DNA of 64,000 nucleotides from Alphaproteobacteria bacterium (GTDB lineage Bacteria; Pseudomonadota; Alphaproteobacteria; UBA9219; RGZA01): NCBI GenBank assembly GCA_033762625.1, contig JANRLI010000005.1, positions 170,835 to 234,834 of the forward strand, read 5' to 3'. Shown piece by piece: positions 55,985 to 64,000 of this stretch (position 1 is its first letter; each line of letters starts with the position of its first letter). The notes under the pieces were generated by a model. It saw only the letters and a program-made list of their open reading frames with translations, ran no database searches and was not told where the DNA came from. The position numbers and the translations under genes were made by a program.

Positions 55985-56509
55985 ATGTCTGATCCACTCA
56001 TCATCGATAAAAGTTTCCTTCACGATGGTGTTCTCATCATTGCCGCGATTACCATGTTGGTGGCCGCGCTCAGTGATATCAAGAAATTGATTATTTCCAA
56101 TCGGCTGTGTCTGTTTCTTGCAGGATTGTTTCCGCTATATGTACTGACTGCGCCACATGAAGTGATGTGGATGCATCATGTGCTGATTGCGGGTACGGTG
56201 TTTGTGATCGGTTTTGCTATGTTCGCGATGAATTTTTTGGGTGGCGGCGACGTAAAGATGCTGGCTGCCGTATCGTTGTGGGCTGGGCCAAAAATGATTG
56301 CAACATTGTTGCTGTTTACATCATTTGCTGGTGGCCTTCTGGCGCTGGCGTTTGCTGTAGCTGCTTTATATCGCTCGCGCGTACTTAAAGTAGAGGCAAA
56401 GACTGAAACGAACGAAGTAATACCCTGGCATAAAACCCCGGTTCCTTATGGCGTAGCAATAGCATGCGGCGGAGTGACCGCATTGTTTTTAATGTCTCAA
56501 GCAGTTTAG
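55985..56509 (+). CDS. cpaA: Prepilin peptidase, CpaA/TadV type (A24 family, no methyltransferase domain)
   Basis: 174-aa polytopic protein. The two catalytic Asp contexts are ALSDIKKLIISN and GGGDVKMLAA. Confidence 0.85.
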   Translation: MSDPLIIDKSFLHDGVLIIAAITMLVAALSDIKKLIISNRLCLFLAGLFPLYVLTAPHEVMWMHHVLIAGTVFVIGFAMFAMNFLGGGDVKMLAAVSLWAGPKMIATLLLFTSFAGGLLALAFAVAALYRSRVLKVEAKTETNEVIPWHKTPVPYGVAIACGGVTALFLMSQAV

Positions 56510-56558
56510 ACGGGGCTGTCTAGCTGTCGGGCCATCCGTTTTTTAAAAAGAGGATGCT

Positions 56559-57431
56559 ATGACCAATCGTCGTACACTATTTCTCGCGCTTGCTATTATT
56601 ATGGGCCTTGGCACCATGATGATGATGCGCAGCGCCATGAGCAACAAAACCGTTGCTGTCAATAACACAAATCAGATTTTGGTTGCGGCTGCTGATGTAC
56701 CAGCGGGCCAATTTGTTCAGCCGCAACATGTGCGCTGGCAGGCATGGGCACCAGAACATACAACGCAGGCGTTCATTAAAAATGCTCCCAGCGAAAAGTT
56801 AGACAGCTATATTGGCGCTGTAGTGCGCCAAGGCATTCGCGCGGGCGAGCCCATTTTGAAAGGCCAGTTGGTGAAGCCGCAAGAACGTGGGTTCCTTGCT
56901 GCTGTGCTGGATGGCGGTAAACGCGCTATAGCAGTGCCTATTACCAATGTTACAGGTATCGCAGGCTTTGTGTTCCCTGGCGATCGGATTGATTTGATTT
57001 TGACACACTCCATCCGTTCGCAAGATGATGATAAGATTCCACAACGTCGTGCCAGCGTAACCGTTGTAAAAGATGTACGCGTGTTGGCGCTTGACCAGGA
57101 CGCCAATGACCAAGGCGAAGCCAAAGCCAAAGTTGCCAAGGTTGCAACGTTGGAAGTAACGCCAAAACAAGCCGAGGTGCTAACCCTTGCATTACAGCTG
57201 GGCACAATTTCACTTTCCTTGCGCAGCATTGCACAAGAAACATCGCCAGATGGAAAACCTTTAGCTGAGCCTGTTGCATTTGAAAAAGATGCACTCACGC
57301 TGGATAGCGAAGTAAGCCAGATTATCCCGCGCCCGGATGACCATTCGCAGGTGTCGGGTCAAATCGTGCAAGTGCTTCGTGGCAGCAAAGCCAGAACCGA
57401 AGAAAACTTCGACGATTCCAAGAAGAACTAG
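56559..57431 (+). CDS. cpaB: Flp pilus assembly protein CpaB/RcpC
   Basis: N-terminal TM helix and a SAF-like domain (ILVAAADVPAGQFV), then an RcpC-like beta region. It occupies the position after cpaA. Confidence 0.85.
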   Translation: MTNRRTLFLALAIIMGLGTMMMMRSAMSNKTVAVNNTNQILVAAADVPAGQFVQPQHVRWQAWAPEHTTQAFIKNAPSEKLDSYIGAVVRQGIRAGEPILKGQLVKPQERGFLAAVLDGGKRAIAVPITNVTGIAGFVFPGDRIDLILTHSIRSQDDDKIPQRRASVTVVKDVRVLALDQDANDQGEAKAKVAKVATLEVTPKQAEVLTLALQLGTISLSLRSIAQETSPDGKPLAEPVAFEKDALTLDSEVSQIIPRPDDHSQVSGQIVQVLRGSKARTEENFDDSKKN

Positions 57432-57609
57432 TTTTTACACCTTCGTTTGAGTTTGTTTTAGGCGCGGCGCGATTTTGTGCGGCAAACGTATAGTCGTGCA
57501 GCGTATCATTTTTATCTCAAGGATAATCAAGGCTTGTTTCGAAAAGAGAACAATGCTGCCAAAATATAAGTAATGAATTCTAGACGAACTGGCTTTACAT
57601 TACCGACCC

Positions 57610-58989
57610 ATGAAATCTGCGCTTGTGTCACTTTTACTGCTGTTTGTTGTTATCATTGCCCCCGCCATAGCCGGTGCTGAGGAAGAGCCGCTTATTCTAA
57701 GCGTTGACCGCAGCGAAAACATCAAGTTACAGGAACCTGCCGATACCGTGTTTATTGCCAGCCCTGACATTGCCGATGTGCAGGTGGTCGCGCCAAATGT
57801 CATCACCATTTATGGCCGCAAGCAGGGCGAAACCACCGTTACCGCCAGCAAGAAGGACGGCACCATTTTGCTGAAACGCAAAATTGTTGTAGATCAGGAT
57901 TTGGGTAAGCTGCAAAACGTGCTTGGCAGCATGCCAAAAATCAAGGCACTGCCTGTTCCAGGTGGCATTGTTTTAAATGGTGAAGCAGCATCGTCACGCG
58001 AAGCGGCGGATGCGCAACGTATTGCAAAACGCTTCCTTGGCAACGATAAGGAAGAAGTCATCAATCACCTTCGTTTAAAAAATGATGAACAAATTCAATT
58101 ACGTGTACGCGTAGCAGAAGTCAGTAAGAACATCAGCAAGACCTTTGGCATCAACTGGGATGCCATTAGCCTTGCTGGGGGAATAACGCTGGGGCTGAAA
58201 AGCGGCGCAAGTTTCCTTTCGGACACCATTTTACGCAACAGCAATGTAAGCAATGCGGCTGACCGCTATTCCCGTTCGAATGTGAATAACGGTGTGTATG
58301 CTGGCTATAATGGCAATGGTTATTCAATTAACGGGTTGATTGATGCGCTGGCCCAAGACGGTCTTGTAACGCTTCTGGCTGAACCCAACCTCACTGCAAA
58401 ATCGGGTGAAACGGCGACCTTCCTTGCGGGCGGCGAATTCCCTGTTCCTGTGCCACAGCAAAATGGTGCGATTACCATCGAATTCAAACCGTATGGTGTG
58501 TCACTGGCCTTTACGCCGACTGTGCTTGGTAAAGACCGCATTTCCATTCAGGTTCGCCCGGAGGTGAGTGAACTCACAACATCCGGCTCCATCTCGCTCA
58601 ACAATATTGCAATTCCTGCGTTGCTGACACGCCGCGCGGAAACAACGGTTGAACTGGGCAGCGGCCAAAGCTTTGCCATCGGTGGCCTTATCCGCAGCTA
58701 TCAGAACAATGACGTTTCCAAATATCCGTTCCTAGGCGATATTCCTGTGCTTGGCGCATTGTTTACATCCACGCGCTTTCGTAACAGCGAAACCGAACTG
58801 GTAATTATTGTAACGCCATATCTGGTGAAACCATCATCTGAACAATTGGCAGCGCCAACCGATGGCTATGCGCCAGCAAACGATGTTGACCGTATCTTGC
58901 TTGGCAAGGTGCATTCCAACAGTGTTCCTAACGAACCAAGAAACATGGGCGAAATTTTGCAAGGCCCAGTTGGCTATAGCGCGGAGTAG
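57610..58989 (+). CDS. cpaC: Flp pilus secretin CpaC/RcpA
   Basis: Signal peptide, an N-terminal pilus-formation domain and a secretin core (GGEFPVPV...ELGSGQSFAIGGLI...PFLGDIPVLGALF...ELVIIVTPYLV). Confidence 0.9.
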   Translation: MKSALVSLLLLFVVIIAPAIAGAEEEPLILSVDRSENIKLQEPADTVFIASPDIADVQVVAPNVITIYGRKQGETTVTASKKDGTILLKRKIVVDQDLGKLQNVLGSMPKIKALPVPGGIVLNGEAASSREAADAQRIAKRFLGNDKEEVINHLRLKNDEQIQLRVRVAEVSKNISKTFGINWDAISLAGGITLGLKSGASFLSDTILRNSNVSNAADRYSRSNVNNGVYAGYNGNGYSINGLIDALAQDGLVTLLAEPNLTAKSGETATFLAGGEFPVPVPQQNGAITIEFKPYGVSLAFTPTVLGKDRISIQVRPEVSELTTSGSISLNNIAIPALLTRRAETTVELGSGQSFAIGGLIRSYQNNDVSKYPFLGDIPVLGALFTSTRFRNSETELVIIVTPYLVKPSSEQLAAPTDGYAPANDVDRILLGKVHSNSVPNEPRNMGEILQGPVGYSAE

Positions 58990-58991
58990 GC

Positions 58992-59384
58992 ATGATGATG
59001 AAATCACATCTCTTACGCCTTTCACTGGTGGTGTTCTGCGGATTGCTCAGTGGCTGCTTTGAAGCAACCCAGGCGCGGCCTAACCATGCCATTTCCGTGA
59101 TTGCCAACCCCGAAAAGGGCGGCAAGCTCGTCGCTGTTCCTAAGCCATGCCCTGCGTGGAACAAAGATCCGCTCGATGGTTTGGATAACCAGTTCGCCGA
59201 TAATTTTGGCTGCGCGGATATGTATAATCTTGGCAAAATGATTGCCGAGCCCAAAGACCTGCTTCATGGACAACCTTTGGGTGAAGCAGATGCCGCATCT
59301 GGCGTTCTTGGTATTGAGCGTTACCGCTCCGACAAGAAGAAAGAATTAATCAATCCTAAAGAAATTGGCGCAACCGGTAAGTAA
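58992..59384 (+). CDS. cpaD: CpaD-like pilus assembly lipoprotein
   Basis: Lipobox LSGC after a signal helix. It has CpaD-like Cys-containing motifs (CPAWN..., NFGCA) and lies between cpaC and cpaE. Confidence 0.7.
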   Translation: MMMKSHLLRLSLVVFCGLLSGCFEATQARPNHAISVIANPEKGGKLVAVPKPCPAWNKDPLDGLDNQFADNFGCADMYNLGKMIAEPKDLLHGQPLGEADAASGVLGIERYRSDKKKELINPKEIGATGK

Positions 59385-59602
59385 TCGGCGGCAGTTTTCG
59401 CCGATTATGGCAGCTTAGCTAGCGATTGTAATAACACACGCGGAACGATAGCGCAGGGCTAAGTCTTTATTAGCAAAACTGTGGTGTTTTAAAGGGATAG
59501 GACTCGTTTTCCCTTTCCGAGCAGGTCGCAACTAGACCTCCTACTACAAAAGTTTAGTTGCGTGAATCTGCTCGGTACAAAATATGTGGTTTGTTTTTTA
59601 TC

Positions 59603-60823
59603 ATGCATGAAGAATTTATGGGTTTCGTAAGCGACGAAGCCTCTTATCGCATCGCACGCAGCGTTGCAGAAGCACGTGGATGGCCGTCAGCTGTTATACA
59701 GCAGGGCGGTCTCGACATGCTTGCTGATATGCTTGAAAACTACGCGCCGCCAAAAATCCTCCTCCTTGATCTGGATGCAGAGCCTGACGTGCTGCAAGCA
59801 GCAAACCGTGCGATTAATCTGTGCGGTCCGGATTCACAGATTATCTTTTTGGCAAAACACAACGATATCACGCTGTATCGCCAATTTATCCAGTTGGGTG
59901 CCGCCGATTATCTGGTTAAACCGCTTAGCGAAGAAGTTTTGCTGCAAGCCATTATCAATACCGCAAAGCCAAAACGCAACGCTGATCCAGCTGAAAAAGA
60001 GCATCATATCAGCAAAATTATTGCTGTTATTGGAACGCGCGGCGGTGTTGGCGTAACAACTGTTGCCGTTAATCTCTCGTGGATTTTATCACAGCAATTA
60101 AATCAGCAGATTGGTCTGGTTGATTTGGATATGCAGTTTGGTAGCACCGCCTTGGCGCTTGACCGTGAACCCGGACGCGGGATGCGCTCCGCACTTGAAA
60201 ACCCCGAACGTCTGGACGGGTTGCTGATTGCCAGTTCCATGGTTCAGTACAATGATAAATTTTCAATTCTATGCGCGGAAGATACCCTTGATACTGCATT
60301 CCATTTTGATGGTGATGCAACGCTTGGCCTATTAAAACCTATTCGCACTGATTTTGATATGGTGCTGGTGGATATGCCGCGCCATCACATCTCCAGCCAA
60401 AAAACATTGCTGAATGAAGCGCATGCGGTTTTAATCGTTGCCGATTTAACGCTCGCTTCGCTGCGTGATGCCCGCCGTATCCGCGCCTATTTAAAAAATC
60501 TTCGCCCTGATTTGATGCCGATTTTAATTGTCAATCATGTAGGGGACAGCCCTTACTCAACCATCGATCAACCGACCTTTGAAAAAAATCTGGAAGCAAA
60601 GATTGATGTAATACTTCCCGAAGACATCAAAACTGCAAAACAAGCGGCGAATTTGGGAAAACCGTTTGTATCGGTTGCAGCCGAAGCGCCGATTACCAAG
60701 GCATTGGTAATGCTGGCGCGTAATTTATCGGGACAAAAAGAAACCAAAAAGCAGGACATCAAAGGGAAATCATTGCTTCAGGGGTTGCTTGGCAGCAAGC
60801 CATCCAAACCCGCAGCAAAATGA
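59603..60823 (+). CDS. cpaE: CpaE/TadZ pilus-localisation ATPase-like protein
   Basis: Receiver-like N-domain plus a MinD/ParA-like domain with the deviant P-loop GTRGGVGVTTVAVNLS. The ORF track start (TTG 59558) lies inside a predicted hairpin, so I prefer ATG 59603. Confidence 0.85.
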   Translation: MHEEFMGFVSDEASYRIARSVAEARGWPSAVIQQGGLDMLADMLENYAPPKILLLDLDAEPDVLQAANRAINLCGPDSQIIFLAKHNDITLYRQFIQLGAADYLVKPLSEEVLLQAIINTAKPKRNADPAEKEHHISKIIAVIGTRGGVGVTTVAVNLSWILSQQLNQQIGLVDLDMQFGSTALALDREPGRGMRSALENPERLDGLLIASSMVQYNDKFSILCAEDTLDTAFHFDGDATLGLLKPIRTDFDMVLVDMPRHHISSQKTLLNEAHAVLIVADLTLASLRDARRIRAYLKNLRPDLMPILIVNHVGDSPYSTIDQPTFEKNLEAKIDVILPEDIKTAKQAANLGKPFVSVAAEAPITKALVMLARNLSGQKETKKQDIKGKSLLQGLLGSKPSKPAAK

Positions 60824-60837
60824 CAGGCTAGACGGAT

Positions 60838-62460
60838 ATGGCACATACACCGCATACCATGCCAAGTTTACGGGATAAGTATATGCCCGAACTGGTTGCA
60901 CGTATCAGCCATGCCGATGCGCAAAAAATGAAACGCGGTGATTTGGCGCTTGCAGTTCGTTCATTCGTTGGTGAATGGCTGGCGCGTGACGGTGAAACCG
61001 TTGAACTGCTATTGCAGCGCGATTTGGTTACAGCGCTCATCAATACCATACTATCAAAACAGGGCGCCAGCATTACGCCGCATGAAGTTGCATCTACGCC
61101 TGTGCCTGCGCCGATGGTTACATCCATTCCTGCCAATGTGCCGACCGAAACCATGGCATATGAAAAGCCAACGGCGCTGGAAACACCGCGCAATACATCG
61201 CTGCGCGCAACCGTGCAGGTGATTAAAGACAGTATCCAGCCCTTACTGATGGATAGAATTGACGCATCCGCCGCAGCAAAGATGACGCGCGATGATTTGA
61301 ACCGTGATTTAACAGGTGTGGTCAGTGAATTGCTGACCGAACAGAAAACCCCGCTATCGGGCAGCGAGCGTCAGGAATTGGTTTCCAGCCTTCTGGACGA
61401 CATGCTGGGGCTTGGCCCGCTGGAGCCATTGCTGGCAGATGAAACCATCAGCGAAGTTATGGTCAACGGAGCAAAACAAGTCTGGATCGAACAAAAAGGC
61501 CGCCTGACGTTGACGGACGTACATTTCCGCGATAATGCACATGTGCTTTCGGTAGCGCAGCGCATTGTGAATGCGATTGGCCGCCGTGTGGATGAATCTA
61601 GCCCTTTATGCGATGCGCGTTTGGCGGATGGTAGCCGTGTAAATATCATTATTCCGCCACTGGCCATCGATGGCCCTGCTATCACCATCCGTAAATTTTC
61701 CAAGAAAAAAATTACGCTCGATGTAATGGAAAAGTTCGGCTCCATCAGCCCGCAGATGAAAAAGGTTCTGGAAATTGCAGGCCGCTGCCGTCTCAATATC
61801 CTTATCTCTGGCGGTACGGGGTCGGGTAAAACGACCTTGCTTAACGCCATTTCAAAAATGATCGATAATTCGGAGCGTATTGTAACCATTGAAGACGCGG
61901 CAGAATTGCAATTGCAACAGCCGCACGTGGTGCGCCTTGAAACGCGTCCTGCCAACCTCGAAGGACATGGCGAAATAAGCATGCGCGATTTGCTTAAAAA
62001 CTCGCTACGTATGCGCCCTGACCGTATCATCGTCGGTGAAACCCGCGGCGGCGAAGCAATTGATATGTTACAGGCGATGAATACCGGCCATGACGGTTCA
62101 TTTTCTACCGTTCACGCCAACCGCCCGCGCGAAGCATTGATGCGACTTGAAAATATGGTGGGTTTGGCAGGCGTGAATTTGGCGCCGCGTGCCATTCGCA
62201 TGCAGATTGCTTCCGCGCTGGACATGATTGTGCAGGTCAGCCGTATGCGCGATGGCTCGCGCCGCGTAACATATATTAGTGAAGTGTTGGGCATGGAAGG
62301 TGATGTTGTCACCATGCAGGACTTATTTACCTGTGAAACCAAAGGTGAAACGCCAGATGGCAAATTGAATGTAGAATTTATCAATCACGGGCTTCGTCCG
62401 CACTTCCTGCCAAAAGCCGCTTACTTCAATTTGGACAAGCAATTGTTGGAGATTCTATGA
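60838..62460 (+). CDS. cpaF: Tad pilus ATPase CpaF/TadA
   Basis: Walker A SGGTGSGKTTLLNA, Asp box IIVGETRG and His box-like STVHAN. Confidence 0.93.
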   Translation: MAHTPHTMPSLRDKYMPELVARISHADAQKMKRGDLALAVRSFVGEWLARDGETVELLLQRDLVTALINTILSKQGASITPHEVASTPVPAPMVTSIPANVPTETMAYEKPTALETPRNTSLRATVQVIKDSIQPLLMDRIDASAAAKMTRDDLNRDLTGVVSELLTEQKTPLSGSERQELVSSLLDDMLGLGPLEPLLADETISEVMVNGAKQVWIEQKGRLTLTDVHFRDNAHVLSVAQRIVNAIGRRVDESSPLCDARLADGSRVNIIIPPLAIDGPAITIRKFSKKKITLDVMEKFGSISPQMKKVLEIAGRCRLNILISGGTGSGKTTLLNAISKMIDNSERIVTIEDAAELQLQQPHVVRLETRPANLEGHGEISMRDLLKNSLRMRPDRIIVGETRGGEAIDMLQAMNTGHDGSFSTVHANRPREALMRLENMVGLAGVNLAPRAIRMQIASALDMIVQVSRMRDGSRRVTYISEVLGMEGDVVTMQDLFTCETKGETPDGKLNVEFINHGLRPHFLPKAAYFNLDKQLLEIL

Positions 62461-63443
62461 ACCCCGATATGCTGATGATGCTGGGCGGCGGATTAATCAC
62501 CATCATCGTGTTGGTGCTTGCGCTCATGCCGGGCGGTGACAGCAAAGCATTGGAAAAGCGTCTTAAGCGTGTTTCGGGAATTGAAGAAAAGCCGGAAAAA
62601 AAGCAAGCGACCGGGCCAAAAGTTGAATTAAAACGCAGCATTAAAGACAGCGGTATTCCGTTCCTTGATAATTTCATTAAAACTGCGCTGCCTAATCCTG
62701 AAAAATTGCGTAATCGCCTTGCGCGTACAGGCATGCGCATGACCATCAGCGAATATTTGCTGCTAACTGGTTTGATGATTGGCATTTTCTTCATGCTGTT
62801 CCATGTCATTCTTGGTCAAAAGCTTCTGCCATCCACATTCTTGTCGCTTATGCTTGGTATCTGGTGCCCCCATGTTTTTATTGGCATGAAAGGCAAAAAG
62901 CGCTGTAAGGAATTTATCAAATATTTTCCTGAATCGATTGATGCGATGGTGCGCGGTATCCGATCCGGTCTTCCGATCAGCGAATCCATCAATGTGGTGG
63001 GCGAAGAAATGCCCGACCCCATCGGATATGAATTCCGTACAATCAAGGACGCCGTGCGCATGGGCCGAAGCCTTGAAGATGCGATGTGGGATGTGGCAAA
63101 GCGCGTGGATGTTCCGGAATACCGTTATCTGATTATCGCGCTCGCCATTCAAAAAGAAACAGGCGGTAATCTTGCCGAAACGCTTGCAAATGTAAGCGAA
63201 GTACTGCGCAAACGCCGGCAGATTAAACTGAAAATCAAGGCGATGTCGTCTGAAGCAAAAGCAAGCGCGATGATTTTGGGTGCATTACCATTCATCGTTT
63301 CAACTGTGCTTGGTTTGGTGGCAACCGAATACATTATGCTGTTATTCAATGACCCGCGCGGGAATATCCTTCTTGGCATCGCTTTTGGCATGCTTGGTTT
63401 TGGTATCTGGATTATGGCGCAGATGATTAATTTCGAGATATAG
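62457..63443 (+). CDS. tadB: Tad pilus platform protein TadB
   Basis: GspF-like domain (FPESIDAMVRGIRSGLPI...) flanked by TM helices. Its start overlaps the cpaF stop. Confidence 0.85.
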   Translation: MNPDMLMMLGGGLITIIVLVLALMPGGDSKALEKRLKRVSGIEEKPEKKQATGPKVELKRSIKDSGIPFLDNFIKTALPNPEKLRNRLARTGMRMTISEYLLLTGLMIGIFFMLFHVILGQKLLPSTFLSLMLGIWCPHVFIGMKGKKRCKEFIKYFPESIDAMVRGIRSGLPISESINVVGEEMPDPIGYEFRTIKDAVRMGRSLEDAMWDVAKRVDVPEYRYLIIALAIQKETGGNLAETLANVSEVLRKRRQIKLKIKAMSSEAKASAMILGALPFIVSTVLGLVATEYIMLLFNDPRGNILLGIAFGMLGFGIWIMAQMINFEI

Positions 63444-63457
63444 CACACGGGATTAAT

Positions 63458-64000
63458 ATGATTGATACAGGCACAGCCGACTGGATGAGTTTCATGGATA
63501 ACGAGATGCTCGTTTACGCCGCGGGTCTGGGCGCGTTCGTGGTCGTAATACTGGTATGGCAAGCCCTATCGGGAACAGAGGTAAGCGAAAAGCGCCTTAA
63601 ATCAGTCATCCAACGCCGTGATGATTTGCGTGCTGAACTGAAATCACAAACTACGCGCCGTGAAGGTGTGCTGCAAAAAGATTTTTTCAAACAGCTTGCT
63701 GCCAAATTAAAAAATACGCCGTGGCTTTATTCGGTGGAACTACGTAAAAATCTTGCGCGCGCGGGCTTGCGCAATAAGGAAGCGGTTGGCTATTTTGCGA
63801 TGATGAAAGTGGGAATGCCGCTGATTTTGTTTTTACTAGCGCTGTTTTTAACCGCTGGCCTTGGTATTGCTGAAAAAAAGCCACTCATTAAACTGCTGAT
63901 GATGCTGGGGATGCCGACGATTGCATTTATATTGCCGGATATGTGGCTTAAGAATACCATTCAAAAGCGTGAAGACGTGCTGCGCAAATCACTTCCCGAT
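63458..64000 (+). CDS. tadC: Tad pilus platform protein TadC (5' part; truncated by the window end)
   Basis: The reading frame runs open from ATG 63458 to the last base, so it is not in the ORF track because no stop is reached. It has an N-terminal TM helix and a TadC-like pattern, and it follows tadB. Confidence 0.75.
   Translation, partial: MIDTGTADWMSFMDNEMLVYAAGLGAFVVVILVWQALSGTEVSEKRLKSVIQRRDDLRAELKSQTTRREGVLQKDFFKQLAAKLKNTPWLYSVELRKNLARAGLRNKEAVGYFAMMKVGMPLILFLLALFLTAGLGIAEKKPLIKLLMMLGMPTIAFILPDMWLKNTIQKREDVLRKSLPD

Larger units (their letters stand above)
55685..64000 (+). other. Tad/Flp (Cpa) pilus locus: flp-cpaA-cpaB-cpaC-cpaD-cpaE-cpaF-tadB-tadC
   Basis: The gene order matches the Caulobacter pilA-cpa locus. 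Individual calls are below. Confidence 0.9.

Noticed and set aside
55297-56004. Track ORFs 55297-55551 (+), 55467-55655 (+) and 55636-56004 (-) around the flp gene
   Set aside because: They have no RBS and an odd composition. The minus-strand ORF runs antisense across the clearly recognisable flp gene, which has a GGAGGA RBS and the GATAIEYGLIAA motif.
1-64000. CRISPR arrays, rRNA or tRNA genes, insertion sequences
   Set aside because: I scanned intergenic regions for regularly spaced direct repeats, cloverleaf-like GC-rich segments and terminal inverted repeats with transposase ORFs, and found none. The only notable repeats are coding low-complexity tracts and the pilin duplication.

Overview
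This is a chromosomal segment from a probable alphaproteobacterium. The evidence is a petABC bc1 operon, a Caulobacter-style flp-cpaA-F-tadBC locus and a GcrA-like gene. Housekeeping genes fill 1-14.9 kb: aqpZ, a cell-wall amidase, a DUF4139-type protein, petABC, fhs and acnA. From 15.1 to 54.6 kb, about 40 same-strand genes encode an I-type (Dot/Icm, IncI/R64-like) type IVB secretion/conjugation machine. Recognised parts are IcmL/DotI (two copies), IcmK/DotH, IcmE/DotG, IcmG/DotF, IcmC/D-like membrane proteins, IcmJ/DotN, IcmB/DotO, IcmP/DotM, IcmO/DotL, DotD, DotC, DotB and IcmT. Joined to it is an R64/PAPI-1-like type IVb thin-pilus cluster: PilL, N, O, P, Q, R, two PilS prepilins and a PilV-like tip pilin. 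A Tad/Flp pilus locus follows at 55.7-64.0 kb, with tadC cut by the window edge. I saw no relaxase, integrase, transposase, tRNA, rRNA, CRISPR array, shufflon/Rci or DotA/TraY. Four things deserve a second look. First, a block of about seven orphan, mostly secreted, Cys-containing genes sits inside the T4BSS (31.3-37.4 kb). Second, the PilV-like pilin ends in a phage tail-fibre-type S74 self-cleaving chaperone domain. Third, a membrane protein is built from three IcmC/D-like hairpin modules and is followed by two single-module paralogs. Fourth, two tandem, diverged major pilin genes are served by only one (Tad-type) prepilin peptidase in the window. All family assignments come from motifs and synteny recalled from memory. 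No searches were run.
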